Source of the DNA: Candidatus Hydrogenedentota bacterium
GTDB taxonomy: Bacteria > Hydrogenedentota > Hydrogenedentia > Hydrogenedentales > JAEUWI01
Length of the DNA stretch: 64,000 nt
NCBI GenBank assembly: GCA_034669905.1
Contig: JAXMOL010000013.1
Coordinates: 32,001 to 96,000 of the forward strand
Reading direction: 5' to 3'
The notes beneath the pieces were generated by a model. It made no database searches and was not told the DNA's origin. It worked only from the letters and a program-made list of their open reading frames with translations. The stretch's first letter is position 1, and every line of letters begins with the position of its first letter. The position numbers and the translations under genes are program-made. Positions 1 through 9,741 of the stretch are shown here, in pieces.

Positions 1-2
1 CC

Positions 3-374
3 GGCGCGGATATCGTGGCCTTCAAAGAGATGGCGGAAAAACTCCACCGCGCGGTGGGCAAGCGGCGGCTTGAAGGGGAGGCCCTTCCCGAGGTCGTGCC
101 GGAGCAGGGACGGCTTCGCATCACGTTGCCGGACGGAAACGTCTTCCATGTGGCCAATAAGGCCCTTCGGGTGTCGTGCCAGTGCGCCCTGTGCGTCAAT
201 GAGTTCACCGGCCAGCCCATCCTGAATCCGGACAGTGTCCCAGACGATATCAGTGTGGAATCGGTGGCCCCCCTCGGCAACTACGCCATCGGTATTGTGT
301 GGAGCGACGGACACAGCTCCGGCATTTTCTCCTGGGAGCACATTAAGCGTATCGCCGGGCCCGCAATGGCCTGA
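3..374 (+). CDS. Partial CDS: C-terminal DUF971/GBBH-like domain, probably the end of an Mrp/NBP35 (HCF101-like) P-loop protein
   Basis: Frame is open to the window edge. LRVSCQCALC...PLGNYAIGIVWSDGHSSGIFSW matches the DUF971 signature. The upstream P-loop domain is not visible and is inferred. Confidence 0.7.
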   Translation, partial: GADIVAFKEMAEKLHRAVGKRRLEGEALPEVVPEQGRLRITLPDGNVFHVANKALRVSCQCALCVNEFTGQPILNPDSVPDDISVESVAPLGNYAIGIVWSDGHSSGIFSWEHIKRIAGPAMA

Positions 375-402
375 CAGTAGATTCATCAATCCTGAATTGC
401 CC

Positions 403-448
403 CACCGGCACCGCCCGAAACCTACTCGGGTCGTGTCGGTGTTTTTTT
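403..448 (+). terminator. Probable intrinsic terminator
   Basis: Imperfect stem caccggcac..cccga / tcggg..gtgtcggtg followed by T7, 29 nt after the stop at 374. Confidence 0.7.
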
Positions 449-571
449 GGGGCACGGGGCGAGCGGCAGAGAGATTGGTCGTTGCCTTGGAAAATTCGCA
501 CCCGGCGGGCCGCGCGCTCCCGATGTATGTGGGGGTGTGCGATGGGAGCGGCGCTCGGGTCTTCGCCGCTG

Positions 572-1225
572 CTATGGGCGTGCGGGATGTTCCGCAGGGG
601 ACGTATGGTCTCGGGGTGCGGGTAAAGCTTCTCGTTGGGATGGCGGGATCATGCGTTGCTCCAGCCAATCGGTAGCGGATTCCTCGTAGGCGCGGATATG
701 GGCTGCCTGATGCTGGAATCCGGAACAAATCCCCAATTGGGCCTGCTCGGGGCACCCTGCACAGCGATCCCGCTGCCGGACCTGTTGATGGCGCAGGTGC
801 TGATAGACCGGCCACGCCACCGTGAGGGCAGCCAGATGGCCGGCTCCAAGGGGCCATGCAGGCGAGGCAAGCATGACCGTGCTTATCCCGGCTGAGGTGC
901 CCAGCCCACCGCGAAGGAGGTCTCGCCACCAACGCGGCGCACTGCGGTAAAGTGGCGGAGTGGAAAAGACGAGTACCAAGGCCAGCAAGAAGCTGACGGC
1001 TATCCCATGCGCGACGGACAGGCCTCCAACGTACAGGGGAGAAAGAAACAGGGCAATCCCCAGTCCACCGTAGAGGGCGGCGCAACTGCGGCAGAGGTGG
1101 AGACGGCCTATACGGAGCACATCCTGGTGGAAGCGGGCACACAGGGGCTTGTGGGCCGCCTGAAAGTGCCATGTGTGCTTCCACCAGAGCCACCGGAGAT
1201 AGATAGGGGTTTGGTTTCGACCCAT
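572..1225 (-). CDS. Membrane protein, DUF2085-like, with Cys-rich C-terminus
   Basis: HKPLC...LHLCRSCAALYGG resembles the DUF2085 CxRCxxxYxG motif; several hydrophobic helices; C-terminal CAGC...C; starts 1 nt after the YbjQ stop. Confidence 0.6.
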   Translation of the reverse strand: MGRNQTPIYLRWLWWKHTWHFQAAHKPLCARFHQDVLRIGRLHLCRSCAALYGGLGIALFLSPLYVGGLSVAHGIAVSFLLALVLVFSTPPLYRSAPRWWRDLLRGGLGTSAGISTVMLASPAWPLGAGHLAALTVAWPVYQHLRHQQVRQRDRCAGCPEQAQLGICSGFQHQAAHIRAYEESATDWLEQRMIPPSQREALPAPRDHTSPAEHPARP

Positions 1226-1226
1226 C

Positions 1227-1673
1227 TCAGTTGCCCGGAAGGCGGTCTTTGATTTCCATGAGGATATTGCCGGCCGCGCCTACGGGCACGTAACCCACGA
1301 TGGGTTTGATGACAACCGCGGTACCATGGACCACCACCTGGCTGGCTCCCTGCTGGGCGCCGCCCATTTCAAACTCCACATTGATAATCGCGTTGGCTCC
1401 TTGCCGCGCGGACATCTTCAGCATGCGATCGACAGCCCGCTGACGGGATTCATCGCCGAGTGCCGTGTAGGAACTGAGCTCACCACCGGAAAGCATTTTG
1501 CAGCCCATGGCGATGTCCTGCCCCATATCCTTCGCCCGGGCGGAGATGCCCCAGACCATGCCCTTGTATTCCATAATCTCGTAGCCGTCGAAACCTTCCG
1601 CGCCGCTCATGATGATGCGGCCATCGGTTATTTCCGGGCGGGTGCCCACGAGTAAATCAGTACGTTCGCTCAT
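1227..1673 (-). CDS. YbjQ/UPF0145 family (putative heavy-metal-binding) protein
   Basis: GYEIMEYKGMVWG, GGELSSY, GANAIINV and HGTAV motifs; AGGAG RBS upstream. Confidence 0.88.
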   Translation of the reverse strand: MSERTDLLVGTRPEITDGRIIMSGAEGFDGYEIMEYKGMVWGISARAKDMGQDIAMGCKMLSGGELSSYTALGDESRQRAVDRMLKMSARQGANAIINVEFEMGGAQQGASQVVVHGTAVVIKPIVGYVPVGAAGNILMEIKDRLPGN

Positions 1674-1739
1674 AGCAGTACTCCTTTGGTTTGCGGGATA
1701 GTGGCGTATGCGGACGCTCGCCCCATGGACGCGGGTTCG

Positions 1740-1940
1740 TCAGTCGGTGTCCGCCCGGTCGAGGGGGGCCCCACAAGTGTTGCAGTGGCTGGCGTCCAGG
1801 TGTTCCATTTGAATTCGTTCGCCGCACACCGGGCAGGTATAGTTCTTCCGCGACTGCACGGCGAGGGTGTAAAAGAGCACCGCGAAGAATAGGATAGCGA
1901 GCAATATTCCGACGTAAACGAGCACGATGGCCATGGTCAA
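1740..1940 (-). CDS. Small membrane-anchored zinc-ribbon protein
   Basis: N-terminal TM helix then CPVCG...CNTCGAPL; AAAGGA RBS upstream. Confidence 0.7.
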   Translation of the reverse strand: MTMAIVLVYVGILLAILFFAVLFYTLAVQSRKNYTCPVCGERIQMEHLDASHCNTCGAPLDRADTD

Positions 1941-2028
1941 TCCCTTTCAGCGAACGCCCCACGCGTTCCTGAAGCATATACCCCTGGCGTGCCGCTATTA
2001 TTCGCAGGTCTATGGGATGGGAAACTTT

Positions 2029-3348
2029 TTACTCCGTCGGGCGGGACCGGTGGGGGCTGCGCAGGCGATGAACCACCAGGCCCAACGCGATAAGGGCCAG
2101 TCCTGCAGCCCAGATGGCGGGTTCAACCCAGAAGGCGAGAAAGAGGCAGGAGGCCAGCCCGCCCCAGGCCCAGCATTGGGAGTAGAGGCGCACTTCGGGA
2201 GGCAGACGCAGCGCGGCAAGATTGTTGATGGCATAGTAGACCAACACGGTGAAGGCGCTGAAGGACCACGTGGTCTTGATGTCACCCAGGAGGGTCAACC
2301 CGGCGATGGCCAGCCCGATAACCCAAATGGCGGCGTGGGGCACGGAAGCCCCCTGGCTGATGCGTGCCAGCAAGGCGGGGGCATCGCCGCGGCGGGCCAT
2401 GGCAAAGAGCACGCGGGACAAGCCGAGAATCAGGTTCAATAGCACGCCCAGCATGGCGGTGATAGCGCCGAGGCTGACGACCCGCCAGACGTTGGGCAGG
2501 GCAAACTCGCGGGCGACCAGCTCCAGCGGGGCGGCCTGTTCATTCGTGGCGGCACTCAAGAAGGGAATCCCCGCCGCCGTGACGGAGGCCAGGGCCAGGC
2601 CCACGTAGAGGGCCGCTGAGACCAACAGGGTGATGACGATGGCCCGTGGAATGGTCCTGGTCGGGTCGTGGACTTCCTCTCCCAGGGTGGCGATGCGGCC
2701 GTAGCCCGTGAAGGCCACAAACATGAGGGCCGTTGCCTGCAGAAAGGCGGCCGCCGGGTGGTGGCCTTCACCTTCAAAGGGCAGAAAGAAAGGACGGAGA
2801 TTGTCCGCACCGTTTTGCCATGCCGCGGGGAGCAAGCCCACGATAAAGATCAGCAACGCGGCGATGGTGATGCCGACGACCAGGGTGTTCGCCTTATTGG
2901 AGCGACGCATGCCCCCCACGGTGATGGCGGTCAGTATGGCGATGGTCACGAGGGCCACGATGACACGGGTCATCTGATCGTTGTGTCCAAAGAGGGCCAG
3001 GGCGTAGCCGGCGAATCCCAACGCCGCCGTGGCTGCAGAGGCCGTCTTGGCGCAGAGAAACATCCAGCCCGCGGTGAAGCCGGCCGCGGGCGTCAGCAGC
3101 CGGTAGCCGTATTCATAGGCTCCGCCGCTCACGGGGTGGGCAGCGGCCAACTGGGCGCTGCTGAGGGCATTGCACGTAGCCACCAGGGCAGCCAGGGCCG
3201 TTGCCAATATGACCGAGGGGCCGGTAATTCCGGCGGCGATACCGACACTGATGAAGGCTCCCGTGCCCAGGATAGAGCCGAGGCCCATCAGGGTCGCGCC
3301 GAAGAGGCCAATGTCGCGTTTCAGGGAGGGGGAAGTGGATGGCTGCAT
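2029..3348 (-). CDS. APC-family amino acid permease
   Basis: GSILGTGAF, PVSGGAYEY, FVAFTGYGRIATLGEEV, SRVLFAMARRG; about 12 TM helices. Confidence 0.92.
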   Translation of the reverse strand: MQPSTSPSLKRDIGLFGATLMGLGSILGTGAFISVGIAAGITGPSVILATALAALVATCNALSSAQLAAAHPVSGGAYEYGYRLLTPAAGFTAGWMFLCAKTASAATAALGFAGYALALFGHNDQMTRVIVALVTIAILTAITVGGMRRSNKANTLVVGITIAALLIFIVGLLPAAWQNGADNLRPFFLPFEGEGHHPAAAFLQATALMFVAFTGYGRIATLGEEVHDPTRTIPRAIVITLLVSAALYVGLALASVTAAGIPFLSAATNEQAAPLELVAREFALPNVWRVVSLGAITAMLGVLLNLILGLSRVLFAMARRGDAPALLARISQGASVPHAAIWVIGLAIAGLTLLGDIKTTWSFSAFTVLVYYAINNLAALRLPPEVRLYSQCWAWGGLASCLFLAFWVEPAIWAAGLALIALGLVVHRLRSPHRSRPTE

Positions 3349-3445
3349 GGGATAGGGGCCCGATGGGATAGAGGAAGGGTCAATAGGTTAGGGAGAGATT
3401 ATAGCGTTTCTATGCGTAGGAGCGACAGCGGACTGACAGGAAAGT

Positions 3446-4282
3446 TTATGCCCCAAGAAATAGTCGTGCCGTTTCCAGCACCGTCTCGCGGTTGGGCCAG
3501 GCGGGCTCGTGTAACACCGCCACTTTCGGCCCCATGGGACGCCACACCGCCGGGCTGGTGGGTCCGAAAATCGCCACGGTCGGGCATCCCGCGACGGCCG
3601 CCAGATGGGTAATGCCACTGTCGTTTCCGATGAAGAGGCGCGACCGGGCGAGGCGGGGTGCCAATAACGCCAGGGGTGTCTCCGGGAGTTGCGGCGCGGG
3701 GAGGGGCCACTCCGATTCGGCCGGACCGCCGCACCAGCTCACGTGGTGTCCCTCCGATTGAAGTTGGCGAGCCACCCATTCGAAGTTTCCCATGGGCCAG
3801 TTCTTTGCCGCGCCACCGCTTCCGGGGGCGATAACTACATCGAAGCTTTCATCGGCAGGGCCAAAGTCGAAGTGTATCGGCAGGCGGACCGAGACCCCCA
3901 ACGCCTGGGCGTACCAATGGGCCGCATGTTGATCCCAGCCTTCGGGCGGGACGCCGGGGAAGCACTGTACCTCTGGGATGCCCGCGTCGATGAGATTGCT
4001 GGTCAGTGTGCCATCGGAATCCTCCATGCAGACCCATGCGCTGTCAAAACGACGGGCAAATTGGCGGAGGGTCTCGTTCGGCGTGGAAAACGCCGAGTGA
4101 AACCCGATGCGCTCCAGGTCGTGCACCCCATCGGCCAACCCGGCGGCCTCGGCCAACGCGGCTCGCTCTGGAATCCCCGCGATTTCAACGTGCGCGGTCG
4201 GCTGCCACTGGGCGAGGGCGGGCAGGGTGCAGAGAAAATCGCCGACACCGCCACTATGGACCAATAACTTCCGTGGCTTCAC
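3446..4282 (-). CDS. Glycosyltransferase family 9 (ADP-heptose transferase-like)
   Basis: GGVGDFL, PGSGGAAKNW, FIGNDSGITHLAAVAGCPTVAIFGPT. Confidence 0.9.
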   Translation of the reverse strand: MKPRKLLVHSGGVGDFLCTLPALAQWQPTAHVEIAGIPERAALAEAAGLADGVHDLERIGFHSAFSTPNETLRQFARRFDSAWVCMEDSDGTLTSNLIDAGIPEVQCFPGVPPEGWDQHAAHWYAQALGVSVRLPIHFDFGPADESFDVVIAPGSGGAAKNWPMGNFEWVARQLQSEGHHVSWCGGPAESEWPLPAPQLPETPLALLAPRLARSRLFIGNDSGITHLAAVAGCPTVAIFGPTSPAVWRPMGPKVAVLHEPAWPNRETVLETARLFLGA

Positions 4283-5739
4283 GGGGTGGCTTCCGGGAGG
4301 AGTTGGTAGATGACGACCCGGGCCTGGGGGTATCGGTCAACGACGTGGACACAAGCCAGCCCGGGGACGTGGGCGTTTTCGTCCAATAGGGGGCGCAAGG
4401 ACGGCACCATTTGGGCCGTATAGCGCTCATCAACCACGAAATAGGTGGCTTGTGCGTTTCTGGCGCGGGTTAGTGCCTCTTCTAGCGAATCTTCCCGTGC
4501 GGGGCCGGTAGAGGGCATTCCCGCGTAGTAGCCCACTTGGGGTTTGCGGGTAAAAACCAGGCCGGGAGGCAGGTGTTCCGCCATCCAGCGGCCTGCTTCC
4601 TTGTATTCCCGTGGCTCCCGGGGGCGTCGGCCCAGATGTTCGGAACCTACGGTGATAAGGGTGTGAAGGAGGAAAAAGCCCAACACGCTCAGCACGGGAA
4701 GGGCGACGAGCCAGCGGGGGCGATTGCGTTCGGCCAGTTGGTCCGCCACGATGACCAGGCCCTGGGCCGACCAGAGCGACAGGGCAAGGAGCGTCGCCAT
4801 GAGATAGCGGGGGGCAGGGGACAAGACGAAGAGGCTGATACCCCATTGGGCGGCGGCGAAGAAGAGGACGAAGCACTCCAGCCGGATGTCCCGCTTGCGC
4901 TCACGGGTGACGAAAAATCCAACACCCAGGAAGAGAAACAGCACGGGGCCCAGCATGACGGGGAGGACGTCGCTGAAGCTGGTGACGGTGGTCTGTATGA
5001 AGCGGATATAGTCGAATTCCTGGAGGATGAAGCCGATACGATAGTTGGCGGTGGTCTCACCGGTGAGTTGGCGCACATAGAGGGTGTTGAGCACGAGGCA
5101 CAGGCCCGCCAGGGCAGCCACGGTGCACAGTCGTCGACCGAGCTGGGGAATGGTCTTCCATCCCAGGATGACGGCGGCGGGCAGACTGCATAGCAGAATA
5201 AACAGCCCCTCGGGTCGGGTCAGGCAAAGGGCGAAGAAGGCGAAGGGGCTGAGATAGAGCGTCCACCCACCGTGGCGCAGACCCCGTTGGAGCAGCCACA
5301 GGGCAGAAAACCAAAGGAACACTGCGGTTGCCTCGGTGGAAACCCGGCAGGCGTAATCGGCGAGCCAGGGCCAGCAGGCGAAGAGCACCCCGGCCATTCG
5401 GGCGGCGCGGGCGTCGAAGAGGTCGCGGGCGAGGAGATAGATCGGGACGACGGTGAGCACCGATGCAATCAAGGATACGATGCGACAGGCCCACTCCAGG
5501 TCGGAAACAATGAAGTGTAGGAGGGCACCCAGGAGGGGGTAAAAGAGGGGGATCTTGGGGTCGTACCCGAAAAAGTTGCCCGCCGCCAGGTGCTTGGCCG
5601 TTTCTACGTAGTGGATGGCGTCGGCCGTATCCAGCACGCGGGGCATGGCCAGGAGGAAGAGCAATCGAAAGGCCAGGGCCAATGCGCAGAGCGCCAGGAG
5701 AGGACGTGCTGCGCTATGTGGGGAAGTTGGGTTGTGCAC
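4279..5739 (-). CDS. GT-C fold membrane glycosyltransferase (ArnT/GT39-like)
   Basis: DTADAIHY after TM1, PLFYP, STE, LTRPEG, PRYL; many TM helices; 4-nt overlap with the GT9 gene. Confidence 0.8.
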   Translation of the reverse strand: MHNPTSPHSAARPLLALCALALAFRLLFLLAMPRVLDTADAIHYVETAKHLAAGNFFGYDPKIPLFYPLLGALLHFIVSDLEWACRIVSLIASVLTVVPIYLLARDLFDARAARMAGVLFACWPWLADYACRVSTEATAVFLWFSALWLLQRGLRHGGWTLYLSPFAFFALCLTRPEGLFILLCSLPAAVILGWKTIPQLGRRLCTVAALAGLCLVLNTLYVRQLTGETTANYRIGFILQEFDYIRFIQTTVTSFSDVLPVMLGPVLFLFLGVGFFVTRERKRDIRLECFVLFFAAAQWGISLFVLSPAPRYLMATLLALSLWSAQGLVIVADQLAERNRPRWLVALPVLSVLGFFLLHTLITVGSEHLGRRPREPREYKEAGRWMAEHLPPGLVFTRKPQVGYYAGMPSTGPAREDSLEEALTRARNAQATYFVVDERYTAQMVPSLRPLLDENAHVPGLACVHVVDRYPQARVVIYQLLPEATP

Positions 5740-5784
5740 GGTGAGATGCTACGTGAGCGCTTACGGGGGATGCAACCTGTAGAG

Positions 5785-5818
5785 AAAAAGCCCCGGTGCG
5801 CCGTGTGGCGACCGGGGC
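5785..5818 (-). terminator. Probable intrinsic terminator after lipoprotein copy B
   Basis: gccccggt..cgcc / ggcg..accggggc stem preceded on + by A5 (U-tract on -). Confidence 0.6.
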
Positions 5819-5841
5819 CGGGTGACAGGGTGTTGCGGGGA

Positions 5842-6444
5842 CTATTGGGTGTTCACCGTGATGTAGACCAGCAGGTCGACGGACACGTCAAACGTGGCGT
5901 CCACGGCGGTGAGGGCGTCGGCGCCTTCAACCCGCAAGACGGCGGTGCCGCACTCGCCATCCTGGATGTCGTTGAGGAGGTCAACCGGTGTGTTTTGCGT
6001 CAACGTGAAACTCGTGCCCAGGCCATCATTGTCGGCCGCGGTACCCAAGAGCAGGGGATCGGCGCTGCTGCCGGTAATGTCGACCGTCAGTTCTGCCGTG
6101 GTGAAGGGGTCAAAGGTACCCGTAGTCACCATGATGTTGGTTGCGGCCAACTCGACACTGGTGAGCGTGGCGATATCGGCGATGAGATCCCCGGCCGCCG
6201 CCCGAATCATGGCATTCAAATCTTCTTCGGTGAAGAGATCGCAAAAGGCTCCCAGATTGACCTGGGTCGCCCCATCGAGTCCCGCATTTGTTGCGATATT
6301 GGCATCAACCAGCAAACTCACCGTCACCGGGATGGGAGGCAATGGAATGCCATTACACGCCGACAACTGGGTGCCGGCCAGTCCAGTCAGTAAGGCGACC
6401 AGAGCGAAGTGTTTTGTGAATCGTACTACGTGTCTAAGTTTCAT
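5842..6444 (-). CDS. Hypothetical lipoprotein, 200 aa (paralogue B)
   Basis: Start moved to MKLRHV behind an AAAGGA RBS; lipobox LSAC; strongly similar to the neighbouring gene. Confidence 0.75.
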   Translation of the reverse strand: MKLRHVVRFTKHFALVALLTGLAGTQLSACNGIPLPPIPVTVSLLVDANIATNAGLDGATQVNLGAFCDLFTEEDLNAMIRAAAGDLIADIATLTSVELAATNIMVTTGTFDPFTTAELTVDITGSSADPLLLGTAADNDGLGTSFTLTQNTPVDLLNDIQDGECGTAVLRVEGADALTAVDATFDVSVDLLVYITVNTQ

Positions 6445-6634
6445 CGTACATCCTTTCATTGTGCGCAGCAAAGACTGCGGGGTGACGAAATACCACCTCG
6501 GTCACTATACCGCAGAGCCGCAAATCCATTACATTACGCAAATGGCGCCCGAATTCATCGGCTTGGGTGGCGGTTGGCTGAAGTGTTTGGTGACCGGGAG
6601 ACGTCCGGGCCTGGGGGGCGGCCCAGCCAGAAGG

Positions 6635-7237
6635 TTACGGGGCGCTCACCGTGGTGTACACAAGAACGGATACGCTGACGTCAAATCGTATATCCTCCGC
6701 TTCGAGGGGGTTGGCCCCGTCAAGTCGGAGCGTGGGCACACCACATTGTCCATCTTCGAGGTCATTGAGCAGATCGACCGGGTTGTTCTGGGTGAGTGAG
6801 ACCATGGTCCCCAACCCATCGTTGTCTGCCGCGGCACCCAGGAGCAGCGCATCGGCACCCGGCTCCACGATTGTCAGCGTCAGTTCTGCGGTGGTAAAGG
6901 GCTGGAAGGTGCCTTCGGTTGCGGTTAGATTAGTGGAAGCCAACTCAACACGGGTGATGGTCACGAGATCGGCGATGAGATCACCGGCCGCGGCCCGGAC
7001 CATGGCGTCCAGGTCCTCTTCCGTAAAGAGATCACAAAATGCGCCGAGGTTTACTTCTGCGGAGCCCCCTGCCGCGGCCGCAGCCGATACGTCCACATTG
7101 GAGATAAGGTTGAGGGTAACGGGGATAGGTGGCAGTGTAATGCCATTGCAGCCCGACAGCTGCCCACTGGAAAGGCCAATGAGCAGGGCCAACAGGGGGA
7201 GTCGTTTGAGAAAGCGTGCAGCGGGTCTACGTGTCAT
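6635..7237 (-). CDS. Hypothetical lipoprotein, 200 aa (paralogue A)
   Basis: Start moved to MTRRPA behind a GGAGAG RBS; lipobox LSGC; shares VNLGAFCDLFTEEDL and DNDGLGT with paralogue B. Confidence 0.75.
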   Translation of the reverse strand: MTRRPAARFLKRLPLLALLIGLSSGQLSGCNGITLPPIPVTLNLISNVDVSAAAAAGGSAEVNLGAFCDLFTEEDLDAMVRAAAGDLIADLVTITRVELASTNLTATEGTFQPFTTAELTLTIVEPGADALLLGAAADNDGLGTMVSLTQNNPVDLLNDLEDGQCGVPTLRLDGANPLEAEDIRFDVSVSVLVYTTVSAP

Positions 7238-7373
7238 GGGGCATCTCTCCAGATTACGGCTAAGATTGAGGTCCGGATGGCCAAGGACCATCCCTACCAC
7301 TGTACCACGAGTTCTCGTGTTGCCCTGTCCTGGAGGGTTTTGCTGATGCTTTCTGGGGTTGTATCTCCTTTTA

Positions 7374-8405
7374 TTACAAAGATTTAAAGGCGGCGAGGAA
7401 TTTCCACATCGTCTTTTCCCAGTCGTAACGACTGGCGATCTGTTTACCCGTTTGAATACGCTTGGCACGGCTCTGTCCGTCTTCCGACAGCACCCGCTTG
7501 AGGGACTGAAAAAAGGCGTCCAGGCTTTCGCCGTTGAAGTAAATGGGGGCATCGCCCGCTACTTCGGAAATGCCCCGGGAGCCTGCGGCCAAAACTGGGA
7601 CCCCGGCAGCCAGGGCTTCCAGGATGCGTAATCCCGAGCCGTCCTGGGGAGCGGCATAGAGAAAGAAGGCGGATTCCTGGTAGAGGCCGGCCAGGTGATT
7701 CGCGGGGCACTGCTCAATACGTACCACACCCGGTCCCCACTGGGCTGGCTCTTCGGGGAGGCCCGGTCCCACGACGACCTGGGTAAACGGGAACTCGTCG
7801 CGGCGTTTTTCCAGGGCGGCGCGGATGGTCGCCAGCAGGGGGGCGGTGAGGGGATCGTAGAACAGGACGATGTAAGGCTTCTCAACGACGGATAAGGTGG
7901 GATTCTCCAGGCCTGCCGCGATGCCGGGAGGGGCCACGATAATACGTTCCATAGGCGCTTCGAAGAGTTCGAGGCAACGTCGCCGCAAATGATCCGTGGG
8001 GGTAATGATGTGCTTGGCAGTGGCACAGACCCGCTTGGTATCTTTCAGGTTTCCGGCACCCCCTTCCCAGGGGGCCAAATCCATGGCCACGAGGACCTGG
8101 GGTACAGCCGTCCGGGTCAGCGCCGTCTGAAGGGGGGAAATAACAAAATCGGCCCCCTGCTTTTTCAGGAGCCCATCCACGTTGTCGTTTCGGGTCAGGC
8201 GCGCACGGAAACCCGTCTCCGGTGCGGCGGACTCCACGCTGGGGAGTTCGGGAAAGGGCGAGGCCTCATCACGCACGTGGAGGCAGGAAAATTGCACGGA
8301 CGGTTTTTCGCGTTGAATCCGGGCGATGACCTGCGCGAGATAGCGCACAATATGATGGGGGAAGGGCAGGGCCGTTCCCGGAAGGGTGTTGATGACAATA
8401 TGCAT
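7374..8405 (-). CDS. Glycosyltransferase family 4 (GT-B), divergent
   Basis: DGSGLRILEALAAGVPVLAA, ISEVAGDA and RYDW are GT4 C-terminal motifs. Confidence 0.8.
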   Translation of the reverse strand: MHIVINTLPGTALPFPHHIVRYLAQVIARIQREKPSVQFSCLHVRDEASPFPELPSVESAAPETGFRARLTRNDNVDGLLKKQGADFVISPLQTALTRTAVPQVLVAMDLAPWEGGAGNLKDTKRVCATAKHIITPTDHLRRRCLELFEAPMERIIVAPPGIAAGLENPTLSVVEKPYIVLFYDPLTAPLLATIRAALEKRRDEFPFTQVVVGPGLPEEPAQWGPGVVRIEQCPANHLAGLYQESAFFLYAAPQDGSGLRILEALAAGVPVLAAGSRGISEVAGDAPIYFNGESLDAFFQSLKRVLSEDGQSRAKRIQTGKQIASRYDWEKTMWKFLAAFKSL

Positions 8406-8755
8406 AGCAGGGAGAATGGATATCCAAAGTCGGTTGCAACTACTGACCCCAGCGGCAGCTGCCGCTCGAAGGGACTTATTCTATACCAATTCGATGGCAG
8501 AATCACCGAAAAGGGTTCCCGCAGCGTCCGGGGCCTGATTTCGGGAAAAGTCACGGTGCCGTGGCAAACATAGAAACGGTCCCGAGGGCCATGTTAAACT
8601 ATGTTTACGAGCACGCCGTGTGTCGGATGGGATGCAGTTCCCATTCAGGGCAGCCGTCTTCCAGGACCCCCAACTTCCACCGTAATGGTGCGCAGTTACC
8701 GGCCTCGTCTACCCTGGTTTCTTACTTCTTAAGCTGGTCTAAGGATAGTGTTTCG

Positions 8756-9637
8756 ATGAATCAACTCGATCAACTGGAATCCAAGAGCATCCATATTCTC
8801 CGGGAAGCATACCGCGAGTTTAATAACCTTTGCATGCTCTGGTCCATCGGTAAAGACAGTACGGTCATGCTCTGGCTCGCCCGGAAAGCCTTTTTCGGTC
8901 ACTGTCCCTTGCCCCTGGTGCACGTGGACACGTCCTACAAGATTCCGCAAATGATTGAATACCGCGACAACTTGGCGCGGGAATGGAATCTCAACATGGT
9001 GGTGGGCCAGAATAAAGAGGCCATCGCCAACAAGCAGACCTTTCCCGAAGGCAATCTGACCCGTCTGGAGTGTTGCAAGGCCCTCAAGAGCGAGGCCCTC
9101 AAGCACACCCTCTCGGGGGAATGGGAGCGCATGCGCCTCAATCACACGACCGGTGAGTATGAGGTGGACACCAACACGGAGCCCTACACCGGCGTCATTG
9201 TAGGTGTGCGCTCGGATGAGGAAGGCAGCCGCTCCAAGGAACGCTACTTTTCCCCCCGTGACCGTCAGAATGACTGGGACGTGGATGATCAGCCACCGGA
9301 ATTGTGGAATCAGTACAAGACTGATTTCTCGCCCGGAACCCACGTGCGCATCCACCCCTTGCTGGACTGGACGGAACTGAACCTCTGGGAATATATCCAA
9401 CGGGAAAACATCCCCCTGGTCGACCTTTACTTCGATCGGGGCGAAGGCACCCGCTACCGCTCCCTGGGCTGCGGTCCCTGCACGAGCTGCGTGGAGTCCA
9501 CCTCGAAAAATGTGGATGAGGTGGTCGAAGAGATTCGCAGTGGTAAATTTGCCAACATCGCTGAACGTTCCGGGCGCGCCCAGGACAAAGACGATGGCGG
9601 TGGTTTGGAGACCCTGCGCCGCGACGGATACATGTAG
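8756..9637 (+). CDS. cysD: Sulfate adenylyltransferase subunit 2
   Basis: [48 protein letters not shown]. Confidence 0.95.
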   Translation: MNQLDQLESKSIHILREAYREFNNLCMLWSIGKDSTVMLWLARKAFFGHCPLPLVHVDTSYKIPQMIEYRDNLAREWNLNMVVGQNKEAIANKQTFPEGNLTRLECCKALKSEALKHTLSGEWERMRLNHTTGEYEVDTNTEPYTGVIVGVRSDEEGSRSKERYFSPRDRQNDWDVDDQPPELWNQYKTDFSPGTHVRIHPLLDWTELNLWEYIQRENIPLVDLYFDRGEGTRYRSLGCGPCTSCVESTSKNVDEVVEEIRSGKFANIAERSGRAQDKDDGGGLETLRRDGYM

Positions 9638-9741
9638 GCTTCTCCGCTTCCCCGGCATGGGGGAGCACGCGTAACGCACTGTGTTGACGGTCCCCGTAGC
9701 CGTCGGATATTTCAATTCCCAACTTGCTGGACACACCATTA

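Noticed and set aside
7238..7552. Long N-terminal extension of lipoprotein A in the ORF track
   Set aside because: Overlaps the GT4 gene; the start at 7237 has an RBS and gives the same length as its paralogue
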